Part shown: piece after piece, positions 1 to 9,737 of the stretch
Layout: every line of letters begins with the position of its first letter
Numbering within the stretch: position 1 is the stretch's first letter
Origin: an uncultured Anaerolineaceae bacterium
Lineage (GTDB): Bacteria > Chloroflexota > Anaerolineae > Anaerolineales > UBA4823
Assembly: GCA_964642565.1 (NCBI GenBank)
Contig: CAZXPK010000002.1
Span: forward strand, 130 to 64,129
Length of the DNA: 64,000 nucleotides
Reading direction: 5' to 3'
The notes under the pieces: model-generated
Database searches by the model: none
What the model saw: the letters and a program-made list of their open reading frames with translations, nothing else
Told to the model about the DNA's origin: nothing
Translations under genes and position numbers: made by a program

Positions 1-228
1 AATTGCATTCAATTAATCTTCTGGAGATTGGTATTCCTACACAACCATGTAACTACTCACTGATCTCCCCTTGATCCATAATGAGGTCAAGATAATTTCT
101 CTTCAACTAGTTGCTGGGTAGAGACCAAGGTTGGGGGTGCGAGTAATTGCACCTCTATTATAGCACAAATGTTCTGTTCCACAAGGGGTTTATGGAAAAT
201 CACCGATATTTTAAGATTTCTCATTTTT

Positions 229-489
229 GGTGAGAAATCACAAAAATATCGAGAAAAAACGCTTTTATGAGTATAGTACCTGACTTGCTCACTTTTGCCA
301 TTTTTGAGAAATTTATCGAGTAAAAATCGAATTTTTGGGACACTAAGCGAGTTTTGTGTATATCAGAACTTGAAGTCCTCTGAAGAGGCAAAAAATATGC
401 AAAATAAGCTAATTTCGGGACACTAATTTGAGCAAGTCAGGTGAGAAATCACAAAAATATCGAGAAAAAACGCTTTTATGAGTATAGTA
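229..489. repeat. Composite intergenic repeat. An exact 50-bp direct repeat (229-278 and 440-489) flanks a 163-bp unit bounded by a perfect 13-bp inverted repeat (279-291 CCTGACTTGCTCA / 429-441 TGAGCAAGTCAGG).
   Basis: Read directly from the sequence. Both 50-mers (GGTGAGAAATCACAAAAATATCGAGAAAAAACGCTTTTATGAGTATAGTA) are identical. There is a degenerate third copy of the TGAGAAAT..ATCGAG core at 305-320. GGGACACTAA is repeated at 347-356 and 417-426. A small hairpin GATTTCTCA/TGAGAAATC lies at 215-239. No ORF of 60 aa or more occurs in 1-606. Confidence 0.85.
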
Positions 490-606
490 ATAAGCTAATA
501 GAAGTTAGATGTTTTTAATATATGGGGTAACGATCCGCCTATAATAGAAACGAATTTAGCGCTTTCTATTAATATCGCATAAAACCTATGCTGATTATCA
601 GGAAAT

Positions 607-1629
607 TTATTTTAATGAATTCGTTACTACATGGCAAGCGACCCAATGACCCGGGGTCAGCTCACACCATTCAGGGATTTCACAGCTGCATCGTTCTATT
701 GCGACCGGGCAGCGTGGATGGAACCGGCAGCCATTGGGAGGATTAATTGGGCTGGGGATTTCCCCCTTCAAAATGGTGCGTCGGCGTTCACGATCACGCT
801 TGGGATCTGGGATTGGCACTGCCGATAGCAAGGCTTGCGTGTAAGGATGCAGTGGATTTTCGTATAGCTCATTGCGGTCAGCTAATTCCACGATCACCCC
901 CAGATACATCACTGCTACCCGGTCACATATATGCCGGACCATGCTCAAATCATGAGCGATAAACAGATAGGTCAGGTTGAACTCATCCTGCAATTCCTCC
1001 AGCAAGTTAACCACCTGAGCCTGGATGGAGACATCCAGAGCAGAGATGGGTTCATCACAGACGATAAACTCGGGGCTGGAAGCCAGGGCGCGCGCCACGC
1101 CGATGCGCTGCCTTTGCCCACCGGAGAACTCGTGAGGAAAGCGGTTGATCAGGCGTGGGCTGAGACCAACCCTTAACATCAGCTCATGCACTCGATCATC
1201 ACGAGGTTTGCCAACTGGCAACAGGTTGTGTACGTGTAATGGTTCACCAATAATGGCGCTCACTGTCCAACGTGGATTGAGGGAAGCATAGGGATCCTGG
1301 AAGATCATCTGCGCTTTCCTACGGAGGGATTTTATCTGTTCTCTACTAGCACTTCCAACGGAGATACCGGAGATGGTCACATTACCGGCGGTGATCGGGT
1401 AAAGCCCCAGGATCGTGCGCCCAGCAGTGGTCTTACCGCAACCGCTCTCACCCACCAAGCCTAGGGTTTCACCGCGTTGGATCGAGAATGTGATACCATC
1501 GACAGCTTTGACCGAGCCGATTTCGCGCTCGATGATCAAACCTTGACGGATGGGAAAATGCTTTTTAAGCTGTTGCACTTCCACCAGCGATGGGGTAACT
1601 TGGGAGGGTACAGGTTGAGCGTCAGCCAA
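607..1629 (-). CDS. Oligopeptide/dipeptide ABC transporter ATP-binding protein (OppF/DppF type)
   Basis: 340-aa ORF with Walker [13 protein letters not shown] signature FSGGQRQR and Walker B FIVCDEP. It has the C-terminal Cys-rich oligopeptide-transporter extension (GCRFHPRCP). A TTG start is preceded by AGGAGA. It is the last gene of a 5-gene operon. Confidence 0.93.
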   Translation of the reverse strand: MADAQPVPSQVTPSLVEVQQLKKHFPIRQGLIIEREIGSVKAVDGITFSIQRGETLGLVGESGCGKTTAGRTILGLYPITAGNVTISGISVGSASREQIKSLRRKAQMIFQDPYASLNPRWTVSAIIGEPLHVHNLLPVGKPRDDRVHELMLRVGLSPRLINRFPHEFSGGQRQRIGVARALASSPEFIVCDEPISALDVSIQAQVVNLLEELQDEFNLTYLFIAHDLSMVRHICDRVAVMYLGVIVELADRNELYENPLHPYTQALLSAVPIPDPKRDRERRRTILKGEIPSPINPPNGCRFHPRCPVAIERCSCEIPEWCELTPGHWVACHVVTNSLK

Positions 1630-1645
1630 GGTTTCTCTCCTGTTG

Positions 1646-2638
1646 TCAACGTTCCTTGCCAGTGGTCACATCCAGCCAGCAAGCTGCCTGGTGGTTCAGC
1701 CCGACCTGGATCAGGGGCGGCATCTCATCCCGGCAACGGTCGAAGGCGAATTGACAGCGTTGCACAAAGGGGCAGCCAGTGGGAGCTACCAGCAGATTGG
1801 GTGGCGCGCCAGGGATTGACTGCAAGCGCCGGTCACGACGGCGATCGACGCGCGGTAGGGCAGCCAACAGCGCCTGGGTGTAGGGGTGGCGCGGGTCTTC
1901 ATAAAGATCATCCACAACAGCTTCTTCGACGATAAAACCGGCATACATGACCAGCACCCTCTCCGCAATTTCAGCCACCACCCCCAGGTCGTGGGTGATC
2001 CAGATCACAGCCATGTTCATCTGCTGGCGAATGTGTTGCACCAACTCGACAATCTGCGCCTGGATGGTCACATCCAGGGCGGTTGTAGGCTCATCGGCAA
2101 TCAGGATGGACGGCGAGCAAGCCAGTGACATGGCAATCATAGCCCGCTGGCGCATCCCGCCTGAGAATTGGTGTGGGTACTCATCCAGACAGTGGGAGGC
2201 GTCGGAAATACCCACCTGGTTGAGCAGCTCGATTGAGCGCTGGTTGAGCTCCTCTTTGTCCATCCCAAGATGGATACGCAGAGGCTCGCCAAGCTGGCGA
2301 CCAATGGTCAATACCGGGTTCAGGGCGGTCATGGGGTCCTGGAAGACCATGGCGATATCTTTACCGCGGATATGCTCCATCTCAGCTTCACTCAATTTCA
2401 GTAGATCGTGTTGATTATAGAGTACCTTCCCACTGACGATCTCGCCAGGTGGAATGGGGATCAGCCTCATGATAGACATCATGGTGACCGATTTTCCACA
2501 ACCACTCTCTCCTACCACACCGATAGCTTCGCCGTGGTTAAGATGTAATGAAACACCATTAACCGCATATACCGTGCCTTCGGCTATGTGGAAACGAGTG
2601 CATAGGTTGTTGACCTCTAAAATTCTTTCCGGTTTCAT
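1646..2638 (-). CDS. Oligopeptide/dipeptide ABC transporter ATP-binding protein (OppD/DppD type)
   Basis: Walker A GESGCGKS, signature FSGGMRQR and Walker [13 protein letters not shown]. The start is placed at the internal ATG (MKPERILEV) because the longer ORF (to 2701) would overlap the upstream permease gene. Confidence 0.92.
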   Translation of the reverse strand: MKPERILEVNNLCTRFHIAEGTVYAVNGVSLHLNHGEAIGVVGESGCGKSVTMMSIMRLIPIPPGEIVSGKVLYNQHDLLKLSEAEMEHIRGKDIAMVFQDPMTALNPVLTIGRQLGEPLRIHLGMDKEELNQRSIELLNQVGISDASHCLDEYPHQFSGGMRQRAMIAMSLACSPSILIADEPTTALDVTIQAQIVELVQHIRQQMNMAVIWITHDLGVVAEIAERVLVMYAGFIVEEAVVDDLYEDPRHPYTQALLAALPRVDRRRDRRLQSIPGAPPNLLVAPTGCPFVQRCQFAFDRCRDEMPPLIQVGLNHQAACWLDVTTGKER

Positions 2639-2657
2639 ATGCGGCGATATCCTTTGA

Positions 2658-3620
2658 TTATGCGGCCCGGCTATGCGGATCAAGCGCATCGCGCAACCCA
2701 TCGCCCAGGAAATTAATACTCAGCACGATCAAAGCGATTAAAGACCCAGGGAAAAACCACAGCCACCAGGCTGATTCAATATAGTTGTAAGCCCCTTCCA
2801 GCATGTTGCCCCAGGTAGCGGTTGGCGGGCGCACACCAAGGCCAAGGAAGCTGATATAGGCTTCCAGGGTGATGGCAGCAGCGACACTCAGCGTAGCAGA
2901 AACAATAATCGGAGCAATGCTATTGGGGAGAATATGGCGAAAAATGATATCGCGAGTGGAAGTGCCTGTGGCGCGCGCTGCCAAGATAAAGTCATTTTCT
3001 TTCACCGATAGGAATTGTGCCCGCACAATACGAGCCAAGTAAGGCCAGCTGGTGATGCCGATGACAAAAATGATCACCAGGACGCTACCGCTGAAGGTGC
3101 GCCCCAAGAATTTTATATTGGGAATGGATTGGGCGAAATAGCGTGCCATTACCAATAACAGGAAAATTTGTGGAATCACCAGTATCGCCTCGGTGATGCG
3201 CATCAGCACGTTATCCAACCAGCCTCCAAAATAACCTGCCAAAGCCCCGATGGTGACCCCAAAAATAACTTCGACCAGCATGGCAGTTAAACCGATGAGG
3301 ATGGATATCTGTCCACCATAAATGGTTCTGGCCAGGATATCACGCCCGATTGTATCAGTACCAAAGGGATGATCCCGGGTGGGTACTTGCAAGGCGTTGC
3401 CGGTCTCGGTTCGATTGGCATCCGCTTCACTTAAAACAAGCATACCCCCAAAAGCATAGATCATGATAAGAAGTAAGACTACCGTACCAAATATCGCCAT
3501 CCTGTGGCGGCGAAAACGACGCCAGGTGAGCTGTCCCAGTGAGAGTGGTGGGGTTTCCAGCTCGTCTAGTGACAGGCTGGCAATCCCTGGCTTTGGTTGT
3601 TCAAGTGTAGATTCTGTCAT
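2658..3620 (-). CDS. Peptide ABC transporter permease (OppC/DppC type)
   Basis: 320-aa polytopic membrane protein with the binding-protein-dependent transport (EAA-loop) region AARATGTSTRDIIFRHILPN. Operon position lies between the OppB-type and OppD-type genes. Confidence 0.9.
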   Translation of the reverse strand: MTESTLEQPKPGIASLSLDELETPPLSLGQLTWRRFRRHRMAIFGTVVLLLIMIYAFGGMLVLSEADANRTETGNALQVPTRDHPFGTDTIGRDILARTIYGGQISILIGLTAMLVEVIFGVTIGALAGYFGGWLDNVLMRITEAILVIPQIFLLLVMARYFAQSIPNIKFLGRTFSGSVLVIIFVIGITSWPYLARIVRAQFLSVKENDFILAARATGTSTRDIIFRHILPNSIAPIIVSATLSVAAAITLEAYISFLGLGVRPPTATWGNMLEGAYNYIESAWWLWFFPGSLIALIVLSINFLGDGLRDALDPHSRAA

Positions 3621-3629
3621 GGTTTTCTG

Positions 3630-4661
3630 TTATTTATAGCGGATGCGGGGGTCAAGCCAAGCGTAGGTTACATCAGCAATGATCTGAAAGATAATCACCG
3701 CTACAGCGATCATCATTAAGATACCCATTACCACTGCAGTATCCGAGCGTGAAACATGATCCAGGAATAAGCGGCCCATGCCAGGCCAACCGAAGATGCG
3801 CTCGGTGACAATCGCTCCCCCCAACAAGAAGGGTAAATCTAATGCGACGAGAGTGACGATGGGCAAGGCGGCATTCTTGAGTGCATGAATATAGATAACT
3901 TCTGGGTGTGGTAGACCCTTGGCTTTGGCGGTGCGGACGTAATCCTGGTTCATCACTTCCAGCATTGTGCTGCGGATGTAGCGGCTATATCCAGCAACAA
4001 AACCAAAGGAAAGTGTGGCTACCGGTAGAACCATATGCCAGGCCACCTGCGGAGGGGTCTGACCAACTTCAGGATCAAACATGCCCACGGTTGGAAGGTA
4101 TGGTATCCCCCACTTTTTGAAACTCACTGCGAAAATATACATCGCCAGCAAAGCAAAGAAGAACACCGGCATCGAATAAAGTATAAAGGTCGTTGCTGTG
4201 ATGACATTATCTGCAGTAGTATATTGGTGTAAGGCTGAGTAGATACCGATTAGCAAGGCAGCAAAGATAATTATCACTTCAGCGGATACCATCAGCAGCA
4301 AGGTGTTAGATAAACGTTCGCCAATCACCTTGGTGACTGGCTGGCGGTTGACCAGCGAGATGCCCCAATCGCCGCGCAGTACTCCCTTGCGCGAGCCTGC
4401 AGTCTCCGCCACCCCGTCGCCATCCAGGTCAGTCTTCGTCCAGTCATTGCCGACCAGCCAATAAATATATTGGACAAGAACAGGTTTATCCAATCCAAGC
4501 TGGCGTGCCAATCGGATGCGGTCCTCCGGTTTAGTCACCTTGCGCCCACCCATGGTTGCCAGGGGGTCACCCATGTTCTGCATCAATATGAACAGAACCA
4601 AGCTGATAATAAATAGCAGTGGGATAGCTTGCAGCAGCCGGCGGATAATATAGCGAGTCAT
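3630..4661 (-). CDS. Peptide ABC transporter permease (OppB/DppB type)
   Basis: Typical N-terminus MTRYIIRRLLQAIP and EAA-loop region TAKAKGLPHPEVIYIHALKNAALP. The start is placed at the ATG at 4661 (AAAGG 6 nt upstream). The longer ORF start at 4706 lies inside an intercistronic hairpin. Confidence 0.9.
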   Translation of the reverse strand: MTRYIIRRLLQAIPLLFIISLVLFILMQNMGDPLATMGGRKVTKPEDRIRLARQLGLDKPVLVQYIYWLVGNDWTKTDLDGDGVAETAGSRKGVLRGDWGISLVNRQPVTKVIGERLSNTLLLMVSAEVIIIFAALLIGIYSALHQYTTADNVITATTFILYSMPVFFFALLAMYIFAVSFKKWGIPYLPTVGMFDPEVGQTPPQVAWHMVLPVATLSFGFVAGYSRYIRSTMLEVMNQDYVRTAKAKGLPHPEVIYIHALKNAALPIVTLVALDLPFLLGGAIVTERIFGWPGMGRLFLDHVSRSDTAVVMGILMMIAVAVIIFQIIADVTYAWLDPRIRYK

Positions 4662-4683
4662 GTATGCCTTTCGGAAATAGTAT

Positions 4684-4704
4684 GCAGGCGGGAAGCCCGC
4701 CTGC
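4684..4704 (-). promoter_or_regulatory. GC-rich intercistronic stem-loop between the binding-protein gene and the first permease gene
   Basis: GCAGGCGGG-aag-CCCGCCTGC forms a 9-bp perfect stem located between the stop at 4724 and the start at 4661. No strong U-tract follows, so it looks like a stabiliser or partial attenuator rather than a full terminator. Confidence 0.5.
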
Positions 4705-4723
4705 ACACAAACCTAAACGGTCC

Positions 4724-6472
4724 TTATTGGGTTATGTCCCATTCGTCAATGTTAAAGAAGGGAGTTGCCCCTGACATCTTTATATTGGTCATCCGTTCGT
4801 TGAACATGAATAGATCCGGGTCCTGCCACAAGCCAATCCAGAAAGCATTATCGTAGATATATCGGGTAATCTCATAGAAGGTTTGCTGACGTTCCGCGAA
4901 GTCAACCTCGGTCGCTTGCTTTTGGAAAAGCCCATCCAACTTTTCATCGCACAAACCGGTAGGGCTGGTACCTGCAGGGTTCGTATCCGAGGGGATATCA
5001 GAACAGAGCCAAATAGCTGTGTTCGGATCAGGAAAGTCGGGTGAGTCGGAATACTCGATGATATCCAACGAGAAGTTGGCAGATGGACCATCATCCTGGT
5101 AGCTGGAGAAAAAGAGATCCGAATCGTAACTCAGCAATTCAGTGCCAATGCCCACCGCGGCCAGGTCCTGCTGGGCGACTGCCTGGGTGTTCTGGCGCAC
5201 CTCGCGAGAGGTGGTGCCGTATTTCAGGATAAGCTCGACACCGTCCTTATCGACTGTACCATCCCCGTTAGTGTCTGTCCAGCCAGCCTCAGTTAGCAGC
5301 GCCTTGGCTTTTTCCGGGTCATATGGATAGGGTGTAATGGTCGGATCGATCCAAGGAGATACATCCCAATCGGTTGCTGCTACCCCGGTCAGGCCAAGGA
5401 GCAGGTCCTGCACCAGCTTATCGCGGTTGAAGGCATAGGCGATTGCCTGGCGTACCTTGACATCTTTCAAGGCGGGGTTGCCTTTTTCGGCATGCATGTT
5501 GATATACCAGCCTTCATTGTATCCTGAGAAGGAGTTCAAGATAGTGACCCCCGCTTCCTGTAATTGCGGGACATCACTGTAGGCTGGGAAGGTGCCGACA
5601 TCACCATCGCCGGCCACCATGGCTGCGATCATTGAAGCGTCATCCGGCACGAATTGGAAGAACAACTCATCAAGCTTGGGTCGACCCAGCCAGAAATTGT
5701 CGTTAGCCACGAAACGGGCAAAACTGCCTGACTGCCACTCATCGAAAACAAACGGGCCACAACCCACAGTAGGAGCTTTGTTCCAGGCAGCGGTGTCTAA
5801 CGTGCCTTCAGCTTCGAATACAGGTCGTAATATATGTTCGGGGATGATGGGAGTGCCACTCGTCGTCCCACTGAATAATAAAGCTAACCAAGGCGCGTAA
5901 GGATCAGGGAAGGTGATGACCACCGTCTGCGCGTCGGGGGTCTCAAACGATTCAATCTGGTCATAGGGGGAGCGAGTATTCACAGCATTTTTATCAGACA
6001 TAATCATGTCGTAGGTGAACTTAAAATCTGCAGAGGTGATTGGCTCACCATCCGACCAGACGATATCATCGCGCAGTTTCAGTGTAAAGGTACGCCCATC
6101 GGTGGTTAGACCTCCATTTTCAACCGATGGAATCTCGGTCACCAAATAGGGGAAGGCATTATTCTGATCATCAAATAACCACGCGCCGCACAAGTAGGCG
6201 GGATAGACGACTGAGACAAACCACATGTTGGTGTAGATTGGGCTGAGGGTATCGAACTCCTGGGTCCAGATGAATGTCGCTACCTTCTTTGCGGCAGGTG
6301 CAACAGTGGGTGCTTCAGTTGCTGGGACTTCAGTCGAAACTACTACAGGGGCTTCAGTCGCAGGAACAACGGGGGCTTCAGTGACGACCGTTGTTGGCGT
6401 TGCAGTAGCGCATGCAGATATTATTACAGAAGCTATTATCAAAAACGAAAATATTATATTTAAGCGTCGCAT
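4724..6472 (-). CDS. Peptide ABC transporter substrate-binding lipoprotein (family 5, OppA/DppA type)
   Basis: 582 aa with a signal peptide and lipobox (LIIASVIISAC). A Thr/Pro/Ala/Val-rich linker with TEAPVV-like repeats precedes a family-5 SBP body. A GAGGAG SD lies upstream of the ATG. Confidence 0.9.
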   Translation of the reverse strand: MRRLNIIFSFLIIASVIISACATATPTTVVTEAPVVPATEAPVVVSTEVPATEAPTVAPAAKKVATFIWTQEFDTLSPIYTNMWFVSVVYPAYLCGAWLFDDQNNAFPYLVTEIPSVENGGLTTDGRTFTLKLRDDIVWSDGEPITSADFKFTYDMIMSDKNAVNTRSPYDQIESFETPDAQTVVITFPDPYAPWLALLFSGTTSGTPIIPEHILRPVFEAEGTLDTAAWNKAPTVGCGPFVFDEWQSGSFARFVANDNFWLGRPKLDELFFQFVPDDASMIAAMVAGDGDVGTFPAYSDVPQLQEAGVTILNSFSGYNEGWYINMHAEKGNPALKDVKVRQAIAYAFNRDKLVQDLLLGLTGVAATDWDVSPWIDPTITPYPYDPEKAKALLTEAGWTDTNGDGTVDKDGVELILKYGTTSREVRQNTQAVAQQDLAAVGIGTELLSYDSDLFFSSYQDDGPSANFSLDIIEYSDSPDFPDPNTAIWLCSDIPSDTNPAGTSPTGLCDEKLDGLFQKQATEVDFAERQQTFYEITRYIYDNAFWIGLWQDPDLFMFNERMTNIKMSGATPFFNIDEWDITQ

Positions 6473-6683
6473 TTCATTCTCCTCATAATTTATCGATCGT
6501 TGTTTTGAGCTTTTATTATATACAAGCTAGTACATATTCAAGTTCAATTATCGGTATTTTATGCCTGCCACCTCCTATCAATGGAACAGGTATTTAATAT
6601 ACATTTGTATGCTTATGAGAAACTTTATTATTATAGTATCTATTACCAATTATTACATAATACTTTCAGAGGATTTTCTAGCG

Positions 6684-6689
6684 TATAAT
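6684..6689 (+). promoter_or_regulatory. Putative -10 box (TATAAT) positioned for a leaderless transcript of the M20 hydrolase gene
   Basis: A perfect TATAAT ends 6 nt upstream of the ATG at 6696. There is no Shine-Dalgarno sequence in between. Confidence 0.35.
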
Positions 6690-6695
6690 TAATCC

Positions 6696-7874
6696 ATGTT
6701 GACAGAACACAAGAAACAAATCATCGCAGAAATTGACCGACAATCTGAAAAATTATGGGAAATTAGCACTTCTATATTTAATGAGCCAGAAATTGCATTT
6801 AAAGAGTATAAAGCCTGCAATTTACTGTCCGAAACCCTTCAATCTGCTGGTTATTTCATTGAAACCGGTATTGGTGGTTTAGACACTTCTTTCCGGGCTA
6901 CTTTTGGGGATGATTCTGGCCCCAGGATAGCCATCCTGGCAGAATATGATGCACTGATTGGTTTGGGGCATGCATGCGGGCACAACCTGATCGCGGCGGC
7001 AGCAATTGGAGCTGGAATGGGACTGGCGACAGTATATCCCAAACCAGCAGGGCAAATCCAGGTGATTGGCACACCAGCCGAAGAAGGTGATGGCGGCAAA
7101 ATCCTGCTAGCGAAAGCTGGGGTTTTCAATGATGTAGATGCAGCGATGATGTTCCACCCCGCCAGCAAGAATATGGTTCTACGCCGGTCACTGGCTTGTT
7201 CCGAGCTTAAGCTGGAATTTTTCGGCAAAGCGTCTCACGCGGCTGCTGCTCCAGAAGAAGGAATTAACGCTTTGGATGCGTTGATCCTGACATATAACAA
7301 TATTAATGCAATGCGACCAACTTTCGGTCCGAAAGATCGAGTGGCCGGCATTATCACGAATGGTGGAGAGGCTTCTAATATAATTCCTGCATATACATCT
7401 GCAGATTTCAGCATTCGGGCACTAAGCGCTAAACGCAGGGATGTTTTGGTAGAAAAGGTCATCGAATGGGCTCAGGCAGGTGCTCAAGCGGTCGGATGCC
7501 AGTTAAAGTTTACTGTAACACCAGGTTACAAGGAAATCATTCCGAATCGAATATTAGCGGGTTTGTTTAAAACCAACGTGGAACTATTGGGTCGTGTTGT
7601 GATAGAACCAGACCTGAATGAACGGATGGGCTCAACCGATATGGGTGATGTAAGCCACATCGTACCTGCCATACATCCGTATCTGGCAATCGCACCGGCA
7701 AATTTAGCCGGTCATACGGTAGAATTCAAGGAATATTGCATCTCCGATGCTGGAAAAGCAGGGATGCTGGATGCTGCTAAAGCTCTGGCTATGACAGCGG
7801 TCGATCTTCTCTCAAATCCAAACTTGATAGTAAAAGCCAAGGAAGAATTAGCTTCTACCCTAAAATCAACGTAA
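6696..7874 (+). CDS. M20-family metallo-amidohydrolase/peptidase (M20D-like)
   Basis: 392 aa with the HACGHN metal-binding motif (GLGHACGHNLIAAAAIG) and GTPAEEGDGGK, typical of M20 amidohydrolases. Confidence 0.85.
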   Translation: MLTEHKKQIIAEIDRQSEKLWEISTSIFNEPEIAFKEYKACNLLSETLQSAGYFIETGIGGLDTSFRATFGDDSGPRIAILAEYDALIGLGHACGHNLIAAAAIGAGMGLATVYPKPAGQIQVIGTPAEEGDGGKILLAKAGVFNDVDAAMMFHPASKNMVLRRSLACSELKLEFFGKASHAAAAPEEGINALDALILTYNNINAMRPTFGPKDRVAGIITNGGEASNIIPAYTSADFSIRALSAKRRDVLVEKVIEWAQAGAQAVGCQLKFTVTPGYKEIIPNRILAGLFKTNVELLGRVVIEPDLNERMGSTDMGDVSHIVPAIHPYLAIAPANLAGHTVEFKEYCISDAGKAGMLDAAKALAMTAVDLLSNPNLIVKAKEELASTLKST

Positions 7875-7914
7875 AAAAGTCTATTAAGCCAATCATACCA
7901 AGGAGGTAATTAAC

Positions 7915-8571
7915 ATGTCGGGTCACTATCTTCAAAGTCTGTTAGGTGAGCGTGAGAATATCATCCTCGATATACGACACCATTGGTTCGTCCTGGCGAG
8001 TTCAATCCTATTAGAAGTCGTATTAATATTAATCATATTTGCTGCAACCTTAGCTTTAAGTATTTACTTAAATAACGCAAACTCGCCAGCTGTACTTATC
8101 GTTCCAGTGATTGGATTTATCCTATTATTGGTCCCAATCACAACAGGTACACGTGATGTCCTCAATTGGACCAATCACCAGTTCATCATCACCAATCATC
8201 GTGTGATGCAGATCTCAGGGATATTTAATAAGAGTGTGATTGACTCCTCCCTTGATAAGGTCAATGATATCAAGATGGACCAATCAGCGTTGGGACGCAT
8301 GTTTGGATACGGGGATATCGAGATTTTAACTGCCAGTGAACTGGGAGTAAACCTGTTCAAGAAAATCGATAATCCAGTGAAGTTCAAGAGTGCGCTGATC
8401 AATGCTAAAGAGTATCTGGAACATGCACCAGCACCTGAAGTGACACCTCAACCAGAAAGCAAAACCGACATCCCCATAATGATCAGCAAGCTGGCCGATT
8501 TACGCACGCAGGGTGTTTTGACTGAGGATGAATTTCAGCAGAAGAAAACTGAGTTGTTATCGAAGCTATAA
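7915..8571 (+). CDS. Membrane protein with bacterial PH domain (YdbT/bPH_2-like) and C-terminal SHOCT domain
   Basis: 218 aa. Two N-terminal TM helices are followed by a bPH-like segment (ITNHRVMQISG...DIKMDQSALGRMFGYGDIEI). The C-terminal SHOCT-like motif is LADLRTQGVLTEDEFQQKKTELL. A strong SD (AAGGAGG) is present. Confidence 0.7.
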   Translation: MSGHYLQSLLGERENIILDIRHHWFVLASSILLEVVLILIIFAATLALSIYLNNANSPAVLIVPVIGFILLLVPITTGTRDVLNWTNHQFIITNHRVMQISGIFNKSVIDSSLDKVNDIKMDQSALGRMFGYGDIEILTASELGVNLFKKIDNPVKFKSALINAKEYLEHAPAPEVTPQPESKTDIPIMISKLADLRTQGVLTEDEFQQKKTELLSKL

Positions 8572-8573
8572 GC

Positions 8574-9737
8574 ATGACCGAATTTCATCAGTATGACGAG
8601 CTGACCTGGCCAGAAGTCCAATCCCTGGCCAGGCATATACCCATGGTTTTACCATTGGGAATGGGATATTCAACCGACCAGGTAGCCGATGCATTAGGTA
8701 ATCCACCATATGCCTATTTTTTACCCTCATTCCCTTACGGATGGCAGGGTAGTGGATTAGCTGTATCAGATGTATATTTGGAGGGGTACCTGACCCACAT
8801 CATATCCGGTCTCAGGGATGATGGCTTTATAAACAGCATGGTTCTGTTGCCACCTGGTCTCAATCTTGAATTGTCCATACCTTGGATCGCGCTACTTCAG
8901 CATCCGAATAATATAACAAATTCTGCTCTACCACCTGACTCTGAACGCGGTAAAGTGGTATTGATCCCAATCGGTCATACCGAACAACATGGATATCACC
9001 TACCTCTCTCAACAGACACATTAATCATTGATGCAATCAGCCAGGGCACAGCGGCTGCTTCACCCGACCAAACAACCATCTTGCCGGTGATGCCCTTCGG
9101 GGTGAGCACACACCGCCAATCTTTTGCCGGCACCCTCAATGCTGATGGACGTGCTTTTGAGGATTTTTGGATTAACGTGATCGATGTATTAGCAACACGT
9201 GGTTTTGACCGCTTTTACCTGATCAATGGGCATGGCGGAAATAGCTCTTTTATCATCAACGCCATAAAATATGCTGGGGAGCGGCACCGCCGAATATTTT
9301 GCGCGACTGCCTGGCTCTATTTATCAGGTCCGGATGGTATCGCATCCCTTGAAAAATATCGCCAATCAAAAATTGGCGGGATGGGTCATGCATGCGAGCT
9401 CGAAACTTCTTTCATACTGCACCTGAGACCTTCTCTCGTTCATATGGACCGCGTGGTGGATGAGACCAATTTCGTCTCCACACCGTCTTATTACATGGAT
9501 TGGGTGGAAGGTGGAGCAATCATTGCCAACCCGCCCTGGGATGATGATACAAAAACTGGGGCTTATGGTGCAGGCAGCCTGGCGACCGCGGAAAAAGGCA
9601 AAATATGGTTAGAGGCTGCAATTGCTGAAAAAGTTTCACATATCCGCGAGATCCATCTGCAGCACAAATTGCGTGAAGAGAGACGGAAAAGTGGTTATGG
9701 GTTGTGGGGAAAACAGAAATCTAATCAGGATAGCTAA
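8574..9737 (+). CDS. Creatininase-family amidohydrolase with an approximately 130-aa N-terminal extension
   Basis: Core motifs IPIGHTEQHGYHLPLSTD and LINGHGGN are present. The N-terminal extension repeats the start of the fold (LTWPEV...IPMVLPLGMG) without the EQHG metal ligands. Confidence 0.8.
   Translation: MTEFHQYDELTWPEVQSLARHIPMVLPLGMGYSTDQVADALGNPPYAYFLPSFPYGWQGSGLAVSDVYLEGYLTHIISGLRDDGFINSMVLLPPGLNLELSIPWIALLQHPNNITNSALPPDSERGKVVLIPIGHTEQHGYHLPLSTDTLIIDAISQGTAAASPDQTTILPVMPFGVSTHRQSFAGTLNADGRAFEDFWINVIDVLATRGFDRFYLINGHGGNSSFIINAIKYAGERHRRIFCATAWLYLSGPDGIASLEKYRQSKIGGMGHACELETSFILHLRPSLVHMDRVVDETNFVSTPSYYMDWVEGGAIIANPPWDDDTKTGAYGAGSLATAEKGKIWLEAAIAEKVSHIREIHLQHKLREERRKSGYGLWGKQKSNQDS

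Noticed and set aside
229-489. The 50-bp direct repeats considered as a CRISPR array
   Set aside because: There are only two copies. The intervening 161 bp is far longer than a spacer and is itself internally repetitive. No cas genes are nearby.
1477-2414. 152-aa and 155-aa plus-strand ORFs overlapping the ABC ATPase genes
   Set aside because: They are antisense to genes with unambiguous Walker and ABC-signature motifs, and their translations are compositionally biased without motifs.
6290-6410. Tandem approximately 30-bp DNA repeats (GGGGCTTCAGT-containing) near the 5' end of the binding-protein gene
   Set aside because: They encode the TEAPVV-type Thr/Pro/Ala linker that follows the lipobox. 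This is a low-complexity tether, not an independent element.
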